64,000 nt of DNA, taken from contig JBFMEN010000052.1 of assembly GCA_040753435.1 (NCBI GenBank), positions 129 through 64,128 of the forward strand, read 5' to 3'. How positions within the stretch are numbered: position 1 is the stretch's first letter; each line of letters opens with the position of its first letter. The position numbers and the translations under genes are program-made. The notes under the pieces are model-generated. The model saw nothing but the letters and a program-made list of their open reading frames with translations, searched no databases and was not told the origin of the DNA. Positions 15,001 through 27,000 of this stretch are shown here, in pieces. The stretch is from Candidatus Omnitrophota bacterium. Lineage in GTDB: Bacteria; Omnitrophota; Gorgyraeia; Zapsychrales; JANLHA01.

Positions 15001-18000
15001 TCAAATATGCTGGAAGAAGAGTCGTCCCTGCGCGCGGAGCGGGTTGCCGCGGAAGCGGATATCAAAGAGCTGACAATATTGATTGGCGGGCTTGAAAACG
15101 AGATCTTGCTCGCGGGAAGCAATGACGCGCTGGCGGCCGCGAGAGAAGAGCAGATCAGACTGGCCCGGGAACAAAAAGCTATTCTGGAGGACAGGATTGT
15201 AAATATCGATAAACAGCTTTGGATTTATGATGTTAAACGGATCAATCCGGAGCTGTATGAAGACGCCCTGAACCAGATGGCTTCCGAATTTATTACAAGA
15301 AGCATTGATCTTCTTGACAGAATGATCGCCTTGCAAAAAGAGCAGTCTGAATTCGCGGTCAGCTCAACAACCACTCCTGTTGTCGATTTCGGCGGGCTCG
15401 ACAATGTTTATCTCGTCGATCCGGCCAAGGCAAGGATATATGCCGGTCAATTATTGAGCGACGGCGAAAAAGAGATCGAGGGAATCAGGAAGGCGATGGA
15501 AGAGAACAAGGCTGTTTTAACTCCGGAAACGGTCTTGTTGTACGATCGTTATGTCAAAGAGTTCTTCCCGCTGCGCGATGCTTATGCCGCCGCCCTGAAA
15601 GAAGCGGCAAATGCCGTTACCTCGGGAGTTCCCGAAGATATTCTCGAAGCCCACAAGAAACTGGCTTTGGCTGAAAAAGCGATGGAGAGCAAACGCGAAG
15701 AAATCTTCGGGCAACTGGAACAACTGCTGGTTAACGGAAATTATTACACGCCGGAACACACTGCTGAAGTCATGAAATGGCTGACGTTCCAGAAAGAATT
15801 GGCGATTGAAGCCGCGAGAAAATTCTTCGCCCGGCGCGGCGCCAACAATCCTCATTTCCACTTGTTGAACGCCATGACAGCGATGGCCAGGACCAATATC
15901 GGGGCCGTTAATGCCGCCAGCGCCGTTCTTGACAAACGGATGGATTTAAAGAGCCTGGAGCGCGATGTCGAAAAAGAACAGCGCAAGTCGGTAGCCTTGA
16001 TCGCCGAATATAACAGGCAGCTCCAGGATCTTGAATCGCTGCTGAAGAATGCCGCCGGCAAGACGTCAACAACAAAGTTGTCGCCGGATCAGGAGAAAGA
16101 AATAAAGACATTTGTCCGTCGTTTCCACAAGGATGAGAATTCGGTTCAGGTCGTCGGGAGCCAGCTCTTCGTCAACGGGAAACCTGTTGACGAGGCCTGG
16201 ATGCCGAAGAACGGGCGAGTGACCCAGTTCATGTCGTCTGAATTTGCCAAGGGGCAGGACGGGGTTTCCAATCCTAACAGCATTGCCGCCTGGATCAACC
16301 GGAACACCGGAATCAACACATATGTAGTCACGACAAACGCGGGCGAGGGCGAAGCTGAAAAGCAGATCTTCTTTATTGAGGTGCCTTTGAGCAGGGATGC
16401 GATTAATAAATTCGAGCACACATTCGGGGCCGGGGTCGAACAGTCCGGAAGTTTTGAAGTCCATACTCCTGACGGCCAGGGCGAATATAAAGTCGAGCGA
16501 AGCCTGATCGGCGTGGACAGCATTACAAAGGTGGGCGACAGGATAGAGTTCAGCGTTGTGGCTTTTGGAAAATTATCCGCGGAAAAAGACGGGACGAACA
16601 CGGCCGCTTTGGCCGGCACGGTCACTTACTATATGACGGATGATAAAGAAAAAGGCGTTCGTCTGGTTGCCGATTTCGGGGCCGCCGCATCCAATAAAGA
16701 TTCAGGCGACATTGAAATGTTCGACAGGGAAGGAAGAAGCATGGGGACCACCTCGTTTGATACATTTGACAGCGCCAAATATCTGAAATTCAAATTCGTA
16801 AAGCCGGTTGCCGAAGGCGTTGCCGTCGGTCTTGGCGGAGAGATCATCAGAGAAGGGGATTTCTCGGGATTGATTAAGGGCGAACAGAAGATGTACCCGG
16901 TCACAAGCGTTGACATCGATCATATTTTGAATTCCGAGACGGCAAAAGCCAGGGCCGAATATGCCGCGCAACTCGCGGTGAAGGGTATTCCTGACAGCAA
17001 TAGAAAGCAGGAACTTTATAACCAGGTATATCAGCACGTTTTGAGCAAAGAACAAATCAGAATCAAGGCCTCACTGGAGCAGGCTCTCGGCTTTGATGTC
17101 ACCCGGTTCCAGGCAAGCGTCGGACGGGTTTGGGCCAGGTATCAACGGACGGAAGGGGCCCAGTCTTACGGAGCGGGAGCAGACATTATCGATAATGGAA
17201 CGGTAAACATGGGAGCAGGAGTCTCGGTCGATCGCTTTGGCAGGCCCAATGTTACGTTTAACGGCGGATACAATGACTGGCTTTCATTCAACGCAGGGTT
17301 CAACAGCCGCACTCCCGCCCTGGCGCTGACCGTCGATCTCTTTAAACTGGTCAGCGGTCTTGGCGGCGATACTGACAGCACTGCTTTGAAAGCGCTCCAG
17401 ACTTCTGATGAATTCGGCTTCCTGTTCGCGATGAGAAAGGCCGGGGTCGACAATCCTGAAGAGGTCGTCGGGGCCATTAAAGAGTTGCGCGAAGTGTTCC
17501 TGAAGGCGGGCAGCCTGGAGGAAGCCCTCGATCATGAGGCGGTCCGGCAGAGAGGGCTTGCCCAAATATTGCGCAAGGGTGAAGTGATCCGCGCCCTGGC
17601 CATCGTTGCCAATGGAGAAGAACAATATGTGAAACATGATATTAATGAGTTTCCGGAAGCTTTCAGAGCGACGCTGTCCGTGCCCGAAGAACACACTCCG
17701 CTTAAAGAAGTGGAGACAAAAGTGACGATGACGAAGGAAAGCGCGCGTCTTAACATGGATCATGTAAGGGAAGACAGGGACCTCTTTGATTCGCCCATCT
17801 ATACATATCAGGCCACGCTGAAAATGATGAGACTCGAAGCCGATATTCAAAATAACGATAATTTCACAAGCATCTTTAGGTTCATCGGCGATCTTCCCCA
17901 GGGCGGGAACAGGACCCAGAGGAGTTTCGCCCGGACTCTCGGCAGCCTGGATGAAAACGAAAGAAAAGAGCTTTCGATCCTGAAGGACGGCAGCCGCTAT

Positions 18001-21000
18001 GGCCTGAGGTTGACCCGTGGAGGAGAGACCAGGGTCCTTCCGCTTGGCGGAGATGACACCCTTGTGATCACTCCTGAAGACGCCGAGAAAGCCGGCATCA
18101 GAAATACGACGGGCTTGCCGATCATTGTTGAAGACAAATCCATTCTGATGAACGAACTGGCGGGCTATCTTGAAAAAGGCCAGGAGGGCTATTATATCGT
18201 TCCGGGAGAAGGAATTTTCGCGATTGAAGACAGGCATCTCAATGATGATTTGACTGATGGCAATGATCTGACTGACGGCGCCATCCCGTTTGTCGACAAA
18301 GATAATGACGGCGAAAATGATGTTGTAGTTGAATTCTCTCCCGGCGCCCTGGCCAGGGTTCATAAACTGCATAACCAGATCGTCGACGGCAAAGTGGTCT
18401 TCATGACGGATGATCAGGTGTTGTGGCGGCTGCTGATTGTTAGCCCGAAGGATGTTGCCCGTGCCGATATGGCAAAGAAGGGTCTGACTCCGCCGCAGAT
18501 CGAGGAAGAGGTCCGCAAGGCCAAACAGAGCCCGCTGGTTAACATGAAGAATTATGATCCGGAGATCAAGGCGCCTTATGTGCTGGTCACCAAAGCCACA
18601 GCGGACAAGATCAGAGAAAAGATTTCAGCCAATGAAAAGGTAGATTCGTTGCGCAAGAATCTGACCGGCGAGGGCGGGATGAAGAAATCAGTCAGGGCTG
18701 CGCATGTTGAAGCGGAAATTATCTCGGCGGTAAACGACAGCATGTTCAACGAAACCAAAAAGGCTTTGGAGAACGGCGTCGGATACAAGTTCCGGTCAAA
18801 GAATGTTTCGACAGACGCTGTTGATTGCAGTGGATGGGTAAGACATCTTCTCAAAAACGCGTCCGAAACTGTCAATTTCGTCTCCGGCGCCAGTATTTTT
18901 GATACCACAAACATGCCCGTTTATGCCGCGGGTATTATCGAACACATCGCGGCCATGGCTCCTCAACCGGTTCTTTCAAATGAAGAAATAAGCGTTGAAA
19001 ACATGAGAGAAGGCATGGTGGTTGGAATAGACACTGGCCGCAAGAGCTGGGATGCCGGCCGGGAACGGGGCATTGATCATATCGCGGTCGTTTTAAGAAA
19101 TCCGGATACCGGCGAGATGATCGTTTCGGAAAGCCGTTCACAAATGGGCGTTATGACAATGGGAGCCGAAGAATGGCTTGCGGAACAAAACGCGGAAGGT
19201 CACAAGCTTTTTGCCGTTAACTTATTTGTCCCGTTAGACAGAAGAGCGGTCAAGCAAGGATTTGAAGACAGAGTTCCGAAGGCCGGGGTCAGCGATTATC
19301 CCGGGACATCAAGCGCGTTTGAAACGAAGGCGGCAAAAATTGCTGTTGACCTCGGGATGAATCCGGACGACCTGATGTCTATCATGTCCTTTGAATCCGG
19401 GTTGAATCCGAAAGCCAGAAACAGGAACGGATCAGGGGCGACGGGCTTGATTCAATTCATGCCTTCTACAGCCAGGGATCTCGGCACGACAACCCAAGCC
19501 CTCGCCGCGATGTCGGACATTGAACAGCTGGATTTCGTTTATGAATATCTGAAGCCGTTCAGAGGACAATTAGGGACAATCGAAGACGCTTATATGGCTG
19601 TCCTTTATCCGAAAGCAGTCGGGCAGGGACCAGAGTATACGCTCTTTACCGAAGAGACGGCCGCTTATAGACAGAACAGGGGATTGGACATAGACAGGAA
19701 CGGCAGCATTACTGCCGGCGAAGCGGTTGACGTCATGCTTCGTGTCAGCAAGAACCGCAGAGTCCTGGGCGGTTTTGAAACATCTCTGCCGGTCAAGGCG
19801 GGACAGGTTTATGACCTTGCCGCGGTTCAGAGAAAAGGTATGATCGGGTATTCCGGCGAGTCGATTAGCAGCAAACAAGACGGGATGACTGCGGAAACTG
19901 TCGGGAATGAGGCTGAAGAATTATCGTCAACAGAGGCCGATCCGGCAGCAGAAGTCATGGAAGCGGAAAAAGACGTGACCGGGGCTGAATTGCGCAAAGA
20001 GCTGAAAACAAAAGAAAACGAGCTTGAGGCCGTCGAGCAGGAGATTTTGAAAGGACAAAACAGGAAGGCGCTTGAACAGGATGCCGGGGAGTTGAATGAT
20101 CGACGGAAAGAAGTTGATGATGAGATTAGATTGCTTGAGGAACAGTTGAGAAAAATTTCTCTAAACAGCCGCCAGGGGAACGCGCAGCCCGCCGGCGCTT
20201 CCGCCGCTATTGCCGGCATGGTTGGAGAATTGTTATCGCCGGCCTCCGCGTTCGCGCAGAACTCGCCGTCTGCCGACGCCAGCGCAGACGCGATCAGAGC
20301 CGAACTCGACAGGAAAGTTCCGGTTCGCGGGGTGACATATTCTCCGGTTCCAGAAGGCGGAGAGAAGATGGAAGGCATTAACTGGGATAATCATTTGAGC
20401 GACATCACCTTATTGAAACAGATGGGCGTTAATACGATCCGTACGTATTATCCGATCACATCGAAAAAATTCCTCGACGCTTTGGCGAAGAATAATATCA
20501 AGGCGATTGTTAATATTCCGAATTATGATGACCGAAGAGTTTCCGGTCCGGATATCAGTACCGGCACTTATAAAAATTATATTAAACAGTTTAAGGATCA
20601 TCCGGCCATCCTGATGTGGGAATTCGGTAATGAGTATAATTATCATCCGGAATGGTTTGGCGGAAATATCAATAACTGGTACAGGATTCTGGAAAATGCT
20701 GCGCAGACCGCGAAACAAATCGATCCGACCCGTAAAGTGGCAACGGCTCACGGCGAACTTCCGGATGCCGGTGCGGTTAAAATGGCTCCGTCAGTCGATG
20801 TCTGGGGAGTAAACGTATACAGAAACGGTGATCCGACGGAAATTTATGATGCCTGGAAGCGCATGCAGGCCGGCAATCAGATCAGGAAAGGACTTCAGTT
20901 ATATATTTCCGAAACGGGAACGGACGCTTTCGACAGCAGATTCGGCAGTGAAGATCAGAGAAATCAGGCAGAGACGGCCAGGCAGATCTGGCAGAACATT

Positions 21001-24000
21001 TTCGCAAAGGCCGATCCTCAAATCTTCCTCGGCGTGACATTTATGACATTCGCCGATGAATGGTGGAAGTCCGGGAACGCTTCGACGCATGATACGCACG
21101 GCTCCGATTTAAGCGTCTCCGGAGACGGCCAGACCAATGAAGAATGGTGGGGATTCGTCGATGTGAACCGTAATCCTCGCCGGGTTTTCGAAGAATTCAG
21201 GAAGTTGTGGGGCGGTTTGGGCGAAGAGAAGAAAGATCTTGATGCGATGTCGAAGGCCGGGATCGAGAAGAGACTGGAACAGTTAAAGGCCCAGCGCGCG
21301 GATCTGGTCAAACAACAGGCGGAAAAAGCGGCCGAGCTGAAGAAAACCGAGCCGGTTGATGTTTCCAGCCTTGAAGCCAAACAGCGGATACGGCAGACGC
21401 TCAGGGCTGAAATTGAGGACATTCGTCAGAAATTATCCGCCGAAGAAAGAGAAGCCCGGCCAATCATAGGCGAACCCGATGACGGCGACGAAGAAAAAAC
21501 TCCGTCCGCGGCTTACAGCATTCCCGCGGTTGAGGAGTTTATGCGGGATAAATTCGCTGTTCCCGGTGAAAACGGAATCGAATATCTCAGACAGGAAGAA
21601 GCCGAAGCGCTTTTAGGTAAAAAGCTTAACTGGGAGCCTGGAGATACAGCTGCTAGCGACTGGAAGTTAAAAAACAAGGCGGGGGAGATTATCGGATTAT
21701 CTCAGCAGCTGCTTGATCTTAGCGCGGCTTTCAAGGCAGGCAAGTTATATTATGATGCGAAGGGCAACTTCTCATATACAGGCAATCCGGAAGACAGGGT
21801 TGTCGCAACAATCAATAATAATATGCAATTCTTCCTTCCGTTCACGCCGAGGATGATTAAAGACTATCGTGAAAAAGGCATGTACCGGTTAGACCGGCAC
21901 GAAATATTTAAATTCAACACCAAGTATGTTTACTTCCTTGATAAGAATATGAACGATCGAGGCGACGAAGGCGAGTTTAAGTATAGTGACATTCAAGAAA
22001 AGGATGAAAAATTGCTGGCGCAGGGATACCAACCCTTAAGAACCGCCAAGGTCAAAAATATTCCGATCTATGATGAAGACGGAAACTTTACTGGAGAAGT
22101 TGATACAAAGGAATACCCGATTACGATGAATGATGAAGGCCGTGCGATTTTTGATCAATGGGACAACATTCTAAGAGGCGGCAGACAAGTCTGGCACGGA
22201 GGGCTGACGTTGGCTCCGATCGGCAAGAAGTCGTATGCGGATTTGGACGGCGGCGGCGAAAAGCTTGATGAAATAACTCCGAGAGCTGTCGATGCCGAGT
22301 TTATCAGAAAGGATTACAGAGAAACCGATAATAAATATGTTTATTACCAAATCCTCGAAATCCAGAACCGTTTTAACGGCGAAGTTCGTCAGGAAATTCA
22401 GAAGATTCGCAAAGATCCGGATCATCCTGGGACAAACTATTCACGGCTAGTGAGAAAATATGAAGGCGTCTACAAAAACGGCAGCTTTGTCCCGAGGAAG
22501 GTGACGGTTTTCGGTTACAACGGATTCCATAATGTCCCAAGTACATCAACGACATATTTCACAAATGGAGAGGGTGTCATCACGGATGCTAAAGGAAATA
22601 TTCTTGATGAGAAGGATTTGAAAACAGAGTTCGATTCTCGGGCAACGACATTGGAGAAAACAGAAGCAAAGAAAAATACCGAAGGCCACATTTTCTCTAA
22701 TATTGAAAATAAGACAATCAACTTGAGTCTGGAAGAAGAAAAGGATCGGCAAGGACGCGTGATCAGAACTGTCGAAGGTGATAAAGTTTCTACTTTGTTC
22801 TATGAAGGTCCGGCCGGCGCGATTGATCTTTCATACAAAGGCGAAACCCGCGTCAATGGAAGGCTGATTGATGAAAACCTTCTCTATTATGCCAGTGGCG
22901 ACCGGATTAAAGATATCAGTAAAGCGGATGTTTATAGATTATTTAACGGTGAACATATCATCTTTTATCGTGGTTACAAGTATTATCAGATTTCTTCTGA
23001 GGAAGGGGAAGAGGTAACCATTGCCGTTCCTTATCAGCAGATCAAGAACGCGAAAGGTCAGATTATCGAGACGCGTCTTGGAAGCGGGGAATGGGAAGAC
23101 TTTGCTCCGTCAGAAAAAGGCGCCAAATTGATGAGGCCGGGAGAGCCCTTCAGCAATACATACACGACCTATAGTTTCTACCTTGATGAACTGGGCAAAG
23201 GCGCTGTTCACTGTTTTGATTCGCCGGATGTCGCTATTAAGACAGTCCGGACAGTGACCCAAAACGGAGTCGAGGAGATCGAAGCTTTTGCCAACACGAC
23301 AAGGCTGGTGGATGGAATTATCCGTTATAAAACTAAGCGCGGGCTTGTTGAAGACAGCGTTAACCAAAAGTTTGCCCAGGCAGAAGATAAGCGCAAGTGG
23401 TTATTGGATTATTTGAAAGACAGCAAGCATGAAGGAGACATTCCTTTTGGATATATTATGGAATCCAAGGATGAACGCAAAGACGGCGAAGGGCAGCTTA
23501 AGATCCTTTTGACAGACGCCAGGGAATTCAATCAATTCGGGTTTCAGAAAGACGGCGCGATCAAGTACATTACATTCCTGGATTATCCGGCTAAAGGCGA
23601 TGACCGTGTTGTCATATCCAGTGTGACGTATGAAGTAAAGCGTGACGAAGGCGGGATCATAGAGGACAGGGGCGCATATGCGGATGAAAAACAGATCGTT
23701 ACGGATGGCAATTCCCGTATAGTGATTGCAACTGTACTCGAGATTAATCGTGAAGGCCGAGAGGTTGCGGTTAAAGTTCCGGTTATTGTGACCAGTACGC
23801 ATGATGAGAGGCGTTCCAAGCAGAGCATTACGAACCGCGCGGTAAGACTTGATGATGGACGACTGCTCGCTGAATTCCATACCGGCAAGCCCCTGCGTGA
23901 TAATAAATTAATCGTGCTCTTTAATGGTCAGCAGTTGCCGGTTTCAACTGAACGCATTGATTGTTTAACTATGAAAAAGGGAGAGCCTGTTTTTGAACAC

Positions 24001-27000
24001 GGTCTCGAATCGATTAAAAACCGTTCCGCCTATAAGGAACATAAAACCGTATTGATCAAGGGCGAAACCGCTAAATATTGGGTTTATGATATTGATGCTC
24101 GCGATCATGTTGAATGGGGCGTCTACTCTTTCCGTGATAATACGGCCTTTATGGATAATGAGTTTGTGGCAGGTCATCAGATAAGGAAGGAAGTGCCATT
24201 TATTCAATTTATGGATGAAAAACAGGCAGAGGCCGTTGCTCAACGTAATGGAACATTGTATGAGAACGACATGCCGCAATTCCGTAAAGACAACCGCTAT
24301 ACTCCGCGGGTTTATTTACCGCAAAGTGAAAAGTTCAGTTCTTGGGAGTTTATTGAAAATCAAATTAATCATGTTAAGCACAACAGCTTCAGCACTAATT
24401 TCTCCTTCCGATTGCTTGATACATGGCTGACGTCGTTTAGTTTTATCTTAGGCGGCCTTGTCGGTATTCCGATTCTGACACTGATGCTGCTGCGAATGAC
24501 ATCACTCTTTATGGAACTGGTGATGAGGATTTTTGTCACTAGCAGAAAGGATGTTGTGCTGGCTAAGACAGCCAGGTTGCGGTATCGGTTGAGCGAATAT
24601 ACCAGAAAGACGATTCATGGCGAGACGAAAGAAGTTGCCAATTCTCAAGCAGCGTCGTCGCAGACAGTGACCCGCAAGGAACTGGAGGTGTGGGTTAGAG
24701 ATTTCAATTATGAGAAAACGTTTATCGATTATCTGGAAAGCAGAATTAATAGTGATGAGTTTAAAGACAAGAGCAAAGAAGAAAAGAAAAGCTTTGTTGA
24801 GAAGAGAGTGCGTTTTTGGACTAACCTGATTTGGTATCACGCCGGGCTTGGAGGCCTTTTTGTCCATATGAAATCAGGTCAGATGTATCTATTCCGTAAA
24901 GGTTTCATCTTCACTCCAACTGAATTGAAGTTCTTGATTCGATATCATAATGAAAAGGGACAAGATGTTGAGAATTTCAAGCTGAGAAACGGCCAGACTT
25001 TAGGTGAGCTGATCGAAATGGATATTTTTAAAGCCCCGATCTCGTCTATGGTCCCAGATCAACAGAAGTATTTGATCGAAGATATTGTTGACCTTATCCG
25101 CGCATATCTCCAGGAAAAATATGAAGAGAAGCGGGATGTTCGGATTCTAAAATGGACGTTTAGTGTGCGCACCAAGTTTACACTTTTCAAATATCCGATG
25201 ACTCGGATTTGGTTTAATTTTGTTACTTATCCGTCTCTGATTTTGCGCGTGTTCACATCCCGTAAGGAATTTAATAATAAAAAACTGACTGACTCTGAAC
25301 AGGCCAAGCTGAAAGTAGCCCGGCGCTTCTGGATGACGGGATTGAGTGAGTGGTTGCTTTTGAATGCTGTCCTGATTTGGGCTTCCGTTTATTTTGGCTT
25401 CGGCATTATCGACGGCTGGGTTTTTGTCGGTTCGGCCCTGATTCTGGGATTGCACCTGAAGTTGTCGTTCCGCGGCATTTTCTACTTGAATTATACGGCG
25501 GCTGAAAGGGTGCTGTCCAGAATTATGAAATACCGCGAAGTCAGAACCATGAAAGATGTTCGTCGCGTACTGCCGGAAATTCTTGAAACAGACGAAGGCC
25601 GAGAATTCTTTAATGAGGCGATCAAGTGGCTGGCCTCCGAGGGCTCATACACACATCAGCCGTATATCTCAAAAGAAAAAGTAGAGTTATTGGAAGGTAT
25701 TCTGGATGGAACGAGAAACATTGATGAGCTGAAGACGCTTGATGGTCCGGAATCAGGAGCAGGTCAATTGTTCAATGTTAAGAAGATCGGCGATGCTGAA
25801 GCGGATCAGTATCTAATTAACTGGATTAATATGTATCTCATTGATCAGATCGATATTACCTCCGAAGATCAGGTCCATCCGTTCACCATCCAGCTTTCCG
25901 GGTTTAATGAATTTGCGCGGATACGTTTTAAGGTAAAGAGCAAGGAAGATCTGAAGGTGATGAGCCGTCAAGAGTTGGAAGCGCTCAAAGAAAACAAGGA
26001 GAGGTTTGACGAGTATGTTAAAAATTTAAGCAATGACCTTGATGCTTTGGTTAGCCGAGGCTCGGTCGGAGGTATGAAGGGGGTTTTCCTTGTAGAAACC
26101 AAGTTTACCCGCATTAAGAAAACCCATATGAATCAATGGCAGTATTTTCTTGAATCCTTGGCGGAAAAAGCCGGAAAGTCAATTCCTAAAGAAGAGTACA
26201 AAGAATTGCTTGCTGTGGAGACTTCTGCGGCAGAGACATGGAGAATTCTTAATAAATTATTCAATGAGGAGGCCGAAGAGGGCAAGAAGATTAAAAATAT
26301 CGATTTTCTCATGGAAGAATTTGCGAACTTCCGCACAGAGAACTATTACAAAACTATCATGACAACGTATCAGTCAATCATCCAGCGATATCGTGTCTTG
26401 GCGCGAAGATTATTGGCTAAGAAATATTCAATAAACCTAAAAGATGTCAGTGAAGACGAGATTAACAAATGGGTTCGTTCCAGGATTCAAATGACGGTTT
26501 ATATGGATGGAGGGGCTTTCCCAGAAGATTTGGCTGGGATTTGGGCTGAACATCAGGAGGACACTCTGGAAGGTGGTTTCCGATGGACATTCGATCACCA
26601 GAAGAATTTCATGCTTATCTGGGAGAAAGCGACAGGATTATCAGCAGGAACAGAGATAGAGAGAGAATCTCTGGGGAATCCGGGAAAGACAACTTGGGAA
26701 GATCTAAAGAAAGCACTATTGAATATTATTGAAAAAGAAGAAGTTGCGAAAAATAAGAAAGACGCATTAGTTAAACTAACAAAACAATATTATAGTAATT
26801 TTGCCACTCCAGAAAACCCGGGTGACATTGTGCTTATTCAGGGTAATTTCCCGTTAATGGGAACCAAGTTCAACGGATGGGCTCAGCGTAAACCTTACAC
26901 CAAACATGAGCTCATGTTCGCTCTTGACGTTGGTCATCGTATCACGATCGGTGATATGTGGGGCCTGCCTAATGAGTTCCGCAAGTTTGAGGATCCGAAG

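Noticed and set aside
17284-18372. 362-aa minus-strand ORF (also 34807-35628, 41080-41730 and the many short antisense ORFs)
   Set aside because: Antisense shadows of the giant ORF with no recognisable motifs.
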